From Lama guanicoe (Eukaryota): a stretch of DNA of 64,000 nucleotides. The translations under genes and the position numbers were made by a program. Each line of letters begins with the position of its first letter. Position 1 is the stretch's first letter. Of this stretch, positions 10,865 through 22,739 are shown piece after piece. The stretch covers positions 1,208,355-1,272,354 of the forward strand of contig MU055744.1 of assembly GCA_013239625.1 (NCBI GenBank). The letters run 5' to 3'. The notes below the pieces were generated by a model. That model had not been told where the DNA came from. It ran no database searches and was given only the letters and a program-made list of their open reading frames with translations.

Positions 10865-11218
10865 GAGGAAACCCCGTTGCTGGCAGGTCCGCATTCCCCC
10901 TCGAAGCTCCGGCAGGTGTCCCGTGCCGCTCACCCCGCTCCCGGGGCGGCCAGCAAGGCTTGGCCTTCTGCGTCTTGGGCTACATCACCCTGATTTCCAC
11001 CCCGGTCTCTGCCTGGCCGCCCCTCCTCTCCCTGCGTCTGCCCTCTGCGTGTCTCTAGCAAAGACACTTGTCGTTGGATTTAGATAATCCAGGATGATCT
11101 CATCTCGGAGTCTCGTTCGTCACTTCCGCAAAGACGCCTTTTCCAAATAAGGTCACATTTACAGGCTTCAAGGGCTTGATGTGATGTATCTTTCTGGGGT
11201 CCACTATTCAGCCCACTG
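10865..11218 (-). mobile_element. MaLR LTR (MLT1B/C-like)
   Basis: GATAATCCAGGATGATCTCATCTC, GCAAAGACGCCTTTTCCAAATAAGGTCACATTTACAGG and CCACTATTCAGCCCACT match the reverse complement of the MLT1 5' end. Confidence 0.85.
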
Positions 11219-12380
11219 GAAACCCTAACGTGGAAACTGGTGCAGGGAAGATGGAGGAATCTTGGGTTGATTGTCCAGCCGGTCTGTGGCTAAATGTGAT
11301 GTCAATACAGCTTTCTTAGGAGATGGGACACAGGGGGCCGTACAGCTGCGTAAACTGTCTCCCGTGGTCCCCGGGAGGGAGCGACAAGCCCATGGGGAGG
11401 CTCCGGGGGACTGAGGGGTGGTGCCCATAAAAGAGAAGTGAATGGCCGTGGTGTGGGGTACTTTTAAAATGGCTCTTCAAAAAAGAGAGTGAAAAGCTAA
11501 GGTTCTTCCTCCTTAGTCTAAGGCGCAGACCGATGTCCAAGGTGCTGTCGGCCGGAAGCAGAGGTGTGACGTCCCAGACGGCAGAGGGTGTTCTTCAGAC
11601 AGGGGGACTGCTGCCTTCCGGGGATAATGGCCACTTCTTCTGGCCCAGGGGCTCCAGAGGGGGTGTGGGTGGATGAGGTCCCAGTGCACAGACCCAAGTG
11701 TCCCCACCCCCGCGTCTCGTGGCCCCGCCCCTCAGCCAGGTCCCTGGCTGGCTCGGAACTTGACCTCCCCTGGGGCTGCACTGCCTCCGCTGCCTTGCAG
11801 CTACGGGGCGAAGTCTGCTCATTCGAGGGCCTGTACACGCGGCTCCGGCTTTCACGTTCTGCCCCCGGTGGGTGACTAACCACTCTGCCATTCACCAGCT
11901 TTCTCCAGTGTGTTCACAGCTGCCCACCACAGCCATCATTTCCATGGTTCGAGCATCAGCCCTCCCCTACATTCGAACGTCTGAGATACGAGGTACCTTC
12001 TTGCCCCGGCTCACCCCTGGGGAGCGTTCTCGTGCTCAGCCCCCATGCCAGGCGCTCCTGGCGCCCCGCCTGCCGTCAGCACTGGGGCTCTTGCTGCCAG
12101 CTGGCTGAGGCTGCTAGCGACTGCTTCCTGGGACCCCTCCAGAGCCCAGTGTTGGGAGTGGGGGTCGGAGAGCAGGAAGGAACTGGGCGTTGGGGGAACA
12201 GCAGGGTCTGTTTTGCCTGAAAGGAAAGGTGAGTGGGGGTGGCCAGGAAGTCGTCAGGCCGTTCCTGGACCCTGGCTTCGGGGTCCTACTGGCCTCTCTC
12301 TGGCCAGGGCAGCGGTAGGAACAGGGTACAGCTGGGCCGAGCACAGCTGATGCCAGCAGCTGTTGGCAAAGACCTGCCAC

Positions 12381-12864
12381 TGTTACCAAGTTCACGCATA
12401 CTGCTCGCCCCACAGCAGGCCAATAAATCGAGGGATGAGGTGTTGCGGCAAGGACTAGCGACTTCATTCTGAAAGCCAGCAGAGCAAGGAGATGGTGGAC
12501 TCGTGTCCCAAAGAGCCATCTTGCCTGAGGTAGAATTCGGGTTTCTTTTACACTGAAAGGGGAGGGAGTAAAGTCAAACGGCCCTGTGTCCGTCGCCCTC
12601 CGGAGGGCCTGTGCCGACTGCCTCCTCCCCGCAGTCAGTCCCAGGCGGGCCTGCTCAGGAGGCTTCCTGTGAGCGAAACGAAGGCCTTTTAGCTTAATGC
12701 TCTTTGCCTGGGGGCAGGGGTCCCAGAGATGGGCCGTTGTGTGTAATTTAAGCTTAGAGGCAACACCCCTTTAGTGACTAACTTGCAGCCAAAGCAGTAG
12801 ACACAGAAGTTTAAGTAAAAGAAACAGGTCCAGTTCTGGAGTCAGGTTTGTTCTCCCCATCACA
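12381..12864 (-). mobile_element. ERV1-class solo LTR
   Basis: TGTTAC...ATCACA termini (TG...CA), 484 bp, flanked by a near-TSD of 4 bp (CCAC/CCAG). Minus-strand TATA-like and polyA-like signals are degenerate. Confidence 0.7.
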
Positions 12865-13719
12865 CCAGGACGGCAACAATAAAGGGAACCAAGGCCACGG
12901 CCCGGGGAGCCCAGGTGAGTGGGGCTCACGATGTCCCGGGCCGAGGCAGTATGGACCTTGAGAACTCTGACCTGCATCTTGACCCCGGAGGGAAGAGGGA
13001 GAGGAGGCCTGGGGCCAGAGGCAGGAGGGAAGGTGGGTGCCCAGAAATGCCATAACCGGAGCTGGTGAGGTTCAAGTTACAGCGTGTGCAGAGGGGGAGA
13101 CGCCAGCGCTCTCCTGGCGGACACGCTGGTGCTGGGGGGCAGACCCCTCGTTCAGGCAGCTGTGACCGAGGGCGTGAACAGGCAACGTGAGGGGCAGTGG
13201 GGCCTGGGAGGACAGGCCAGCTGGGCCAGGCTCTGAGCCAAGGTCCAGGTGACAGAAGTGGCATGTGCGGGGCTGGGCACCCGGCGGCGCCCCCTCGTGG
13301 CGGAGGCGCTGGGATTCCCCAGGTGGGCTGCGCTCGGGGCATTTGGACAATGGAGGGAAGCGGAGGAGGTTCTGACTTCCTGAATCACAGCAGGAGCGGC
13401 ACGAAGCTGTTGGCTAGGAAAGCTCACGAGCCGACCGCGGAGGGTCAGGCCTGTCCCGAGTGCGGTGTGTGCGTCCGTCTCATTGACTCAGGCCGTGAGG
13501 CCTCTGCCCTGGGATCGCCGTCACGCCCACTTCACAGACAGGGAGGCTGACTCTCGGAGACAAAGCGCTGACTCAGGGTGCAGAGTGGCTGCCTGGGACT
13601 CGGGAGCCCTCACTCGTGGCCTTTCTCTCTGAAGGACCCCAGGCCCTCCTAGGGTCAGCTCAGCACATGGGGAAGGCCAGAAAGGCAAGATCTGAAAAGC
13701 AGTGTGTCCAAGGGCAGCT

Positions 13720-14130
13720 CAGTCACCGTGCTGTGCACCAGACGCCAGCATGACACTGTAAATCAGCTCCACTTTGACGAAACAAAGGCACGTTTCGGGG
13801 AGGGCATGGCTCAGCAGGCACGAGGTCCCGGGTTCAATCCCCAGCACCTCCTCTAAACAAATGAAAACGTGATCACACATCCCCAAAGCAAAGCAAAGCA
13901 AAGCAAAACAAACAAAAACAGGCACGGAGTATTTATTCACACCACTACAACATGAATGGACCTCGACATTATTCTGAAAGAAGGCCACACAGACACGAAA
14001 ATGTCTGGAACAGGCAAATCACGGAGCCAGACAGATCCGAGGCTGCCAGGCGTGGCGTGGGCGGGGAGCGCGGGCCGGCAGCTCCGGGGCGCAGGCTGTC
14101 TCTTGGGGCTGATGCGCTTGTTCTAGGGTT
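13720..14130 (+). mobile_element. L1 3'-end fragments flanking a SINE
   Basis: GTGCTGTGCACCAGACGCCAGCATGACACTGTAAATCAGCT (L1 terminus) and ACAACATGAATGGACCTC...AATGTCTGGAACAGGCAAATC (L1MB-like). Confidence 0.65.
13797..13920 (+). mobile_element. vic-1-like SINE with internal deletion and (CAAAG)n/(CAAA)n tail
   Basis: GGGGAGGGCATGGCTCAG-CAGGCACGAGGTCCCGGGTTCAATCCCCAGCACCTCC; B box intact. Confidence 0.85.
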
Positions 14131-17100
14131 CGGAGCGCTCGTGCGGGGGTCTGGCTGTGCTGACCCATTGCCCTGGGAGGTGGCGGGGCTGCAGGAGGTG
14201 GGCTGTCTCCTGCCCAGGTCGAGGCAGCACTGGACACCAGTAACGGCAAAGCAGGGACAGATTTGGACAGGGCTATCCTTGGCCCTGTGTCCTGAATCCC
14301 TTGGGATGCTGGTCCTTTCCATGAGAGCCAGAGCTCCCAGCAGCCGGAGTGTCACAGCCCAGTCTGCCTACTGCCAGCTTCAGTGACAGTGGCCCCTGGG
14401 CCACCCCTTGGGTCCCATAACGCACAGACAGCTGCACGGGGCCTGGGGCTTCCCTCAGTCAGACTGGATTCCCACGTCTGTCCTTTGGTGAGGTGGCCTG
14501 TTGGTGTCACGATGAGCTGGCTTCTGAAGAAATCCAGGATCTGCCCCCAGTCTGGACTTTTCGGCGTCCTGCCTACAAAGGCGTTAAGTGTGGGAGGCCT
14601 CCTCTCCTTAAAGCCTCAAGTAACCCTGCCCGCACCCTGACCTCACAGCGCCTGCGGAGGAGAGCAGAGCCCCCTTCCAGTGGGCAGGAGGGGCCAGACA
14701 AGGACCCCTGGCGGTAAGACGTCAGCGGTCACAGTTTGGCATGCGATCCGTGGACTACAGTATTGGACTTAATTTGAAAGTCAAAGCAACAAACAGTGAA
14801 AAGTCCTCATTTTGCCTCTTTGAACAAAATGTAAAAAGCCACACTCCCCAACCCAGTGGGCGTCGTCTGACTCCAAGATGGGCCGGATGGTCTTTCTCTG
14901 CACCTATGGTCTCCCGGGAAATTGTGACAGCTGAATTTGCATGATGTAGCTGCAAATGGAATTTGCAAAATGTGTGTGTTCATGTGGTTTGGACGTGAGA
15001 ATAATTCCTTCACCCAGTCATGTTGGGAAGAGTTGAAACGTTCGCTTCCCCCTCACCCCACGAACAAGGCCAGTGCTCGGTACTCTGGACAGAGCCTGGG
15101 GAGGGGGTGGGCTCTGGCTTCGGAGGGGGGCCTTGGCAGGAGAAGATCCCAGTCCTGCCCTGGGACCCTGGCTATGGAGTAAGCACCCCGCCGACAAGAA
15201 GCACTGCGACCTCGCAGCGGCTCTTGGCATTTGGGGTAAAGCTGGGAGGAAGAACCCCCGGTCTGGCTGCGAGTGTTTTTCTGAGGAGGCCTGTGTGGAA
15301 GGGAACAGTCTCAGATGTTTGAAGGCGGCAGGAAGCGCTCCAGCCCTTCCACTGCGGCCCGCACCACACACAACACATGAAGATTCACACGTGTCCTGTG
15401 CAGAGCAAGTTCCTGGTGTCTCCCCAGCCAGGAGGACTCCCACTGATAAGGGCAACTCTGCGGGTGCCCAGGAGGCCTGGTGGAGCGTTTGTGGACTCAG
15501 AACCCCCACCCCGTGCTGCTGCCTGGAGCCCATCATACATCAGCCAGAAGCAGAAGCCAAGACCCCAGCTGGAAGTGTCGCAGGAATCAGACTCGGTCTT
15601 CAGACCAGAGATCCAACCCCAGCTCTGCGCAGCGCCTAACCGTGGGCAGGTCCTCTGAGACCCGCCACCTGCAAGCAGTTCAGTAAAGTGCACGGCCCGG
15701 AGCTGGGCATCATTCCCTGCGAGGCCGGAGTGAGAGGCCCGGGCACCAAGCGGCCTGATCTTCCTCCGAAGGCCCCCTCTGGGACCCACCCAGACCCTGC
15801 TGTCTCCAGGCTCCCAGGAGCTCCGGGCCGGTGGCAGCACTTCTGTGCTGGGACACCAGCTCTTTCCCCAGCAGCCACTTCCCCACCGGCCCCGAAGCTC
15901 CGAGCGCGCGCGCCAGCTCCCGCAGCGGGCGTGCCCGAGCGCGCGCGGGCGAGCCGGCCTTCCCGGCTCTGCGTTCCGCTGCTGAGTCAGTATCTCCGTG
16001 TTTTTCGACACCACAGCATTTTCCCGTCTCCCTCAATTCCTCTCTACCCAAACCAGTGTGTCGCCCGACAGAATTAGGTGCCAGGCACAGAAACTCCTTG
16101 CAACAGCAAGATGTGGGTGGGTGAGCAGGTGCCGGAGAGGCCCGGCGTTTGGGCCCGACTCCTTCACATCCTGCTGTGACGCCGGGCAGCTCCCAATGTG
16201 CTGGATTTCTGCATTTAACAGCGAAGAACAGAAGCGATGACTGTAACTGGGAGGCTTAATGGGGACCAGGTGACACACACAACCCCCTCAGGCCGGCCGC
16301 CCGTGCTCAAGAAATAGGAGCAGCAATCACAATGACGAAGACCGTGAGAATACTGTGCTAAGTCGGTGCAGCTCTTATGGAGTGGAATGTTCTAGATTCC
16401 CTTCATGATGGTAAGATACGCTGCAGTTCAGTGGATTACACAGCCTGCCTTTAAGCCTCTGACTCAGGTTGCTCTTGTCTGACTTCCACGACAGGAGACG
16501 TTCGTTTGTAAGATTGCAGTTGCCGCGCTTCGCTGAGCTGTCGGTTTATTCTTCTGGTGTTGCATTCAACACGTGTTTCTGGACTACCTCCCATGAGCTG
16601 AGCCCAGTTCACGGTGCTGGGAGTGAACTGGGGACAGGACCAGAGGTGGGCCCTGCTGCCAGAGCTGACAGTCTAGAGGGCTGAGACTGAGCCATTCAGG
16701 AACAGACACGGTGGCGAGAAGTGCACAGAAGTACAGGGAGTCATGTGGTGGGAGGAGGCTCAGCACAGGAAGTGAGGGTGCGAGCCACACGGCCATCTGG
16801 GCGAGTCCCAGGCAGAGGGGTGGCAGGTGCAAAGGCCCTGGGGCTGGGGCGTGCTGGGCGTGGCTGGAGAGCTGCAGGAAGTGAGGTTGTTCAGGGGCGA
16901 GGTGCACCACACGGGACTTGCAGGGGAAGAGATTTGATTTTGTCTCTGGTGAAGGGGAGCCCTCTCCGGGCAGGAGAGTGACGAGGCCTCGCTAAGGTTG
17001 GACTGGGTCTTTGGTGGCTGCTGAGGGCAGACTGAGGGGGAACGGGTGGTGCGGGTGGAGGCTGAGGGGCCCAGGAAGAGGGGGCCTGGGACCCTCCTTC

Positions 17101-17513
17101 CATACTTTGGCAAACGTGACTCCCGCCCCTGGGTTCCACCTGCTCCACTGGGCTGGGAGCCCCAGCTTCCTGCCTCTCCTGGGCCCATCCGGCTCACTGA
17201 GGAAAACTGATGGCACCACACGTGGGCCAAGCTGAGCTGCAGCCGCCGGCGGGGACCGTTCCCGTGCAGTCTGCGAGCTCCTCTCCAGGGTGCCCTCTCT
17301 ATAGAACGTGGAGGCAATGGTGCCCCCGGAGGGGTGCCACAGGCGGTTCCGGCAAACAGCTCCGAGTCTGAGAAGACGCGGATGGTGCTAAGAGTTTCTG
17401 GAACGGTGTCCCCTCTTCCTGATACATACTTTGAGCTGACACAGTCCGGACCTGCTCATCACACACCAAGCGTTTGGAAGAGAGTTTCCATCTCTTCCTT
17501 CATTCGGGGGTTG

Positions 17514-17585
17514 GTGGGTACGTACAGCTCGGCAGTAGAGCGCCTGCTTGGCGTACATGGGCTCCCTCCCCGGTGCCTCCGTTAA
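17514..17585 (+). mobile_element. Degenerate vic-1-like SINE
   Basis: TACAGCTCGGCAGTAGAGCGCCTGCTTGGCGTACA...CCCCGGTGCCTCC matches the other copies. Confidence 0.55.
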
Positions 17586-19576
17586 GGGGAGGAGAAAGTT
17601 TCATTCATGCGTTCACAACCATCCAGCCTTCCTGCAGCACCTTCCCCAAATCCTGGGAGGCACCCAGGGTGGGTCCTGTCCTTGTCGTCCACATCAGGAC
17701 ACTGGGAGTCAGGAAGGTACTGTGACTGGCTCAGTGGCGAGGCCTGGGTCTCCGGGGCTATTCTCCAGGCTAAACCTGATTCTTGGTGCCGCTGGGCAGC
17801 GCCCGCCCAAGGGGCAGCCAGGTGGCAACAGTGCCCTCTGCACCCAGCAGGGGGCGGCAGAGGATCATCAGTGCTGCGGGCTGGCGGGTGCCTGCCTGTG
17901 TCCCAGTCCTGGCTCATCGTCTTGGCCGGTTCCCTGCCCAGGCAGGAAGGCCGAGGGCAGCGAGGACATGAAGAGGGTACCCCATCCGGCCCAAGCACTG
18001 TGCAAAGCTCCTGGATGAAGAATCCTGTTCATTCCTCACGAGCAGTTCTGACGGAGTGGGGCGCCCCCCAGTCTACAGAGAGGGAGGCGTCCCTGCCAGG
18101 GGAAGGTGCCTGTCTGTGCAGGCTCTCAGAGTGGGGGGCTGGAGGCGATGAAGCCCACTTTGCGATTTCTTGGGGCGATGCTGGAGGAATCCGCCTGCTG
18201 CCGTGGGGTTATATCCTTTTGTCTTGGGCAAGGCAGGCTCAATCCCCCCCAGCTGAAGCAGCTCTTTTCTGTCCAGGTTCGTGAAGCTGCCGCACCCATT
18301 TCCTCGCAGGAAGGACGCCCGGGCAGGAACTTAGAGGTCACTGGCCACTTGGCCTGACTTTATTCCTGCCAGGGTCTGGGGTGAGCCCTGGGAGGCCAGC
18401 TCCTCCTCCACGTTGCTGCATGAGCCAGAACCTGGCCTGGGTCCCCATGCTTCCTCCTCCGTTTGGGAAGGGGGCAAGTCTGACTCTGCAGAGGGCCCAG
18501 AACAGAGGGCTCAGGGGACCGTTGCTGGGCTCACAGTGAGGTGGGGGTGTCGCTCTGCCCTGGCTCCTGTACCAATACCAAAGGAGGAGGGGAACTGGGC
18601 TACGCGGGCAGCTGCCCCGGGCTGCCCCAGCTAACACGGGTCCAGGGTTCAAGCCAAGTGTGTGGGGGTGCTCAGAGACTGGTCACCCCACCCCCACTCC
18701 GTGCCTGAGCCAGTCTTAGAGAGGAGATCAGATTTCCGTAGAGTCACCCAGCACATCAGTGCTGAGAACCCAGGGCTCCCGACAGCCGAGTCAGGATCTA
18801 CATTATTTCGCGGCCAGATAGGCTCTTTCTGTCCTAGAAGCCCTCCCACTGTCACGGGGGCCAGCTGCAGAGAGCAGGCCCACCCCCTCCCAGAGGGCGT
18901 GGCCCGGGAAGGAGTTCAAGGCGGGGTCAGTGGGCCCCGCAGCCAGCAGGGAGGCGGGCGGCCGCCCGGCGCGTCTCACCACATCTCTTTCCCTCTCTCC
19001 CACTTGCTGTCACGTATTCCATCTCGGACGCCAGGACTTGCCCTCCGGGCAGCTGCGAGTGGCAGGCCTCTGGGTTACAAAACAGGAGACTCTCAGCCTT
19101 TGTGCGGGGTCGAGGTGGGGCGGGGGCTTCCTGCGGGTCCCTGGCCAGGACATAGGATGGGAAGGCGCTCCAGGAGAGTCTCCGGCCCGTGCGCCTCCTG
19201 CCTCGAATGATCCCGCGGGGCCGCTCGACGGACCGCGCGGCTGCGGGACGCCTCGGCCCGGTCGGTGCCCTCGGTAGGGTCTATCCTTCCCGAAGGCCCA
19301 CGCAGAGACGCGCAGCGCGACAGGGGCCACCTCCTGATCTTCTGAAACGCCAGAGGGACGCGGAGACGACGACTGGCTATCACTCCGCAGGCGCGGTCGC
19401 GCGCCCCGGGCGCAGAGCTGCCTGAGTCCTGACGGCCCTCGAAGAAAGTCGGCGGACCCCGGGCCCCGGCCGCGCCGCAGCCCCCGCCCTCCGCAACTTT
19501 CGCGAGCGGTAGCGGGGCAGGAAGTGGGGGGGCGGGGGCGGGGCCAGGCGCGCGCGCCGGCCCCGCCCCCACCCCG

Positions 19577-19613
19577 NNNNNNNNNNNNNNNNNNNNNNNN
19601 NNNNNNNNNNNNN
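19577..19613. other. Assembly gap (37 N) within the VAV2 promoter
   Basis: Run of N. Confidence 0.99.
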
Positions 19614-19985
19614 AGGGCGGCCCAGGCCCCGGACGCGCGGAGCGAGCGACCCGCCGGGCCTTTGTCTCGGGCGGGGCAGAAGCTACGGCGGCCTCCGGGC
19701 GCCCCGAGCTCAGAATGCGGCGCCCGGCAGGGCGGATCGCGGGGCGCTGCGGAGGCGGGCTGCACGGAGCCCGGTCCGGGGCCCGGGGGGACTTGGGTGT
19801 GTGAAGGGGGGATCCAGCGCGCTGCCCTGCGCCCGCCCCGCGACCGCACGTGGGCGGGAGCGGCGGCCCGCGAGGAGCCGGAGGAGGAGGAGGAAGAGGA
19901 GGGGACGCGCGGCGGCGCAGCGGGGACCCGGGGCCGCCAGCGCGAAGCCCCGCCCCGGCCGCCGAGCCCCGCGCGGGCGGGCGGT

Positions 19986-20027
19986 ATGCCCCGCGGCCGC
20001 CGCACTTTGGCCAGAGCGCTGCCGTGA
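19986..20027 (+). other. Candidate uORF in VAV2 5' UTR ([13 protein letters not shown])
   Basis: ATG at 19986 (G at -3), TGA at 20025-20027, ending 50 nt before the main ATG. Assumes the transcription start is upstream of 19986. Confidence 0.55.
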
Positions 20028-20077
20028 GCCTGTCGGCCCAGCACGCAGCGGGCGGGCGGGCGGGCGCCGCGGGCGCC

Positions 20078-20281
20078 ATGGAGCAGTGGCGGCAATGTGG
20101 CCGCTGGCTCATCGATTGCAAGGTCCTGCCGCCCAACCACCGGGTCGTGTGGCCCTCGGCCGTGGTCTTCGACCTGGCACAGGCGCTGCGCGACGGCGTC
20201 CTCCTGTGCCAGCTGCTACACAACCTCTCCCCCGGCTCCATTGATCTCAAGGACATCAACTTCCGGCCGCAGATGTCCCAG
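20078..20281 (+). CDS. VAV2: VAV2 guanine nucleotide exchange factor, coding exon 1 (aa 1-68, CH domain)
   Basis: Optimal Kozak GCCATGG. Translation [68 protein letters not shown]. Donor CAG|GTGAGG, phase 0. Confidence 0.98.
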
Positions 20282-22159
20282 GTGAGGGTCTGGGCGCGCC
20301 AGAGGGGCCCTGGTCCGCGGGTGTTGGCGCCGCCAGGCGGTCCCGGGACCCTGGTCGGAGCGGCTGCTCACGGACGTCGGCAGGCGGGGGGACCGGGAGC
20401 GGAGAGGGGGCGCGTCCCAGGCCTCTGAGCCTGCTCCTCCGAGGGGCGAACCCGGGAGGCACGAAGTTGGCCAAAGTCCCCCAAACCTGGGGCGCGCATC
20501 TCTGCCTGCGGGCACTGCCTGGGAGCGCCCGGGACTGGGGCTGCGCCTCCCGGAGTGAGGGGAACCCTGGCTGTGTGCTTACCACCGCCTCCTCGTCTCA
20601 CAGGCCATGGCGCCAGGACCCAGTGAGGGTTCCTTTCGACCCCGGAGATCCCACCGGGCCGGAGGCCTCGACAGGCGTGGCATACCCCGGCTTTGCGACT
20701 GGTGGCTGGATGCCCCAGAGGATGAAGGAGCGGGCAGCTGGGCTCGGGGCGCAGCGGGAGGGGCCCGGCTGGGCAGGGCTGGGAGCTGGGAGCCCTGGCG
20801 GATGAGGGGGCTGATGGGCTGGGCGTGCCGACCCCCTTGCCGGCCTCTGTGTCCTCCTGAACCCTAGGGTGGGGGTGATGCAAGCAGCATCAGATCCTTA
20901 GGGTCGCAAACTTACTGGCATAGGGAGCCCCTTTGCTTCCTCAAGTGTGGTCTTTGTCGCGGTTGAGGCGCATGTGGCCGCGGGCAGGCAGGAAGATGTC
21001 TCCTTGGCCGGCAGGAGCTGCCTTTCTTGGCCCCTTAAAGGGAACTTGGTTAAGACTTAAGCAGAATAGAATCTCCTGTCCTACACTCCCCGGCTGTGCA
21101 ACCCCCATCCCAGCACCTTTGAAAGTGCCTTAGGTGCCCACAGGGACCAGGGGGCCACCGGAGGTCTGGCCTGTGTTCCTCCGGAGCCACCTTCCTGCTA
21201 GCCCCCGAGCCCCTTCTTCTGTGACCCTCGGCAAGTCCAAGTGGACAACGGCCATTCACAAGCATGACATCGGAAAATGGGCTGGGGGAGGGAGGGATGG
21301 AGTGAGTCACTGCTTTTCCAGGCTGGGCTGCATGGCCTCTGCCCTTTGGCTGTGATTGTGTTTCCAAGGAGATGGGGGCACCCCCCTCCACTCCAGGGAA
21401 GATGGAGGGTGGCTGCTGGCAAAGAAGAGTCCTGGGGAGAGGAAGGGGCTGCCTTCCCACTCTGTAGTGATACCCCAGCACCACGGAGGCGGGTGGCCCG
21501 GTGAGGGAGCCCTGGCCGCACTGACCTGCCTTCTGGTCCTCAGGCTCCCCTGAAGCCAGTGCCATCTTCGGGCACACTCAGCGCTAAGTAGCCCAAGGTC
21601 CTGGGGTCAGCTGTCCTGGCTGCAGGATGCTTTCACAGATCCAGTGCTCTCCTCTGCTGTCACCCTCGGTCCCTGGAGGCTGGGAAGGACTTACCCTACT
21701 TGGTGGCTGGAGGAACCAAGGGGAAGAAGGGCCGCTGAGGGCAAAGCTGGGCCTTGCGCGGGCGTGTCAGCCTCTGGCTGTGAACTGCAGGGGCTGCCCA
21801 GGCTTGCTGGCTCCTGGAGGTTCCCGACTGACTGGCAGAGAGGCTGGGGCCCAGGGCCCAGCCCGGGGTGGGTGGGTCCGCTGGGTTCGGGCAGGATCGG
21901 GGAGGAAGGGGCGCTGGCTGTGGCATATGGCTTGGCTCAGCCCCTGCGCTGGAAGCGCAGTCTTCCTGGGGTCCCTGGAGCCATCCTCGGGCCGGCAACA
22001 CTGAAGCCGGCAAAGTCCTGTCCACGACCCCTGCCCCAGGCTGGGTGAAGTGGTGTTGAGGGGGGCTGGGGAGGAGAACCAGATGGGTGAGTGTCTGTGC
22101 CTTCATGGCCACATGCTCTTATTGACACCTGGCGCTGTCACCTCCCCCGCAGTGACCAC

Positions 22160-22290
22160 CTTTGGGGCCTCAGTTTCGCCATCTATGTATGTAATGGGGG
22201 CTGAGTTAGTGGCCTCATCATAGCCATATTGGGAGGATTTGGTGAGCAAAGTCAGAGAAGGGCCTTAATGCCGCGCTGAGGGGACATCAG
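22160..22290 (+). mobile_element. MIR SINE fragment
   Basis: GGGCCTCAGTTTCGCCATCT...TAATGGGG...GGGAGGATT core. Confidence 0.6.
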
Positions 22291-22739
22291 CGGTTTTCAG
22301 AGGGGCGCCTGGACACTGGCAGTTGCCGCCGAGGGCTCGTCTTCCTGACCTCAGCTTGTCTGTTGTCACGTGGAGGGTGGGGCTGGTCACATGGATCTCT
22401 GTGTTTCGGTTGCTGGCACAGGGATGACTGTGGGTGCTCCGTAAAACCTGTGTCCGCCAGGTCAGGCGGTGAGCTGGGTGGCCCCATCTGTGTCCTCACA
22501 GTGAATGAAACCATTGTTCCTACCACATGTGGCCGTGCAGGGCTTGGGAGAGGAACCCGGTGGGCTCTCTGTGTGGCTGCTCTTTGCTCTCTGGGGGGCT
22601 TACGTTCCCTAGGTGGGGGACGGAAAGGACGTGGTCCTCTTGGTCCCCGGTGGTTGCATCACCAGAACAGTCATGGCTGCCGTTTCTCACCCATCCTGCC
22701 CTAGGCTGGGCACGATCTGAGGAGGGGCATGCCACCCCT

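Larger units (their letters stand above)
19190..20560. promoter_or_regulatory. VAV2: CpG island / TATA-less promoter and 5' UTR of VAV2
   Basis: Extremely GC/CpG-rich with stacked GC boxes (19526-19576) and a GAG-rich leader; encloses coding exon 1. Confidence 0.92.

Noticed and set aside
19010-20259. Long antisense ORFs (376 and 388 aa) over the VAV2 promoter and exon 1
   Set aside because: Stop-codon depletion in extremely GC-rich DNA; they span an N gap and have no domain features.
19850-20428. 192-aa ORF-track call containing VAV2 exon 1
   Set aside because: The true CDS starts at ATG 20078 and splices at 20281; the flanks are 5' UTR and intron.
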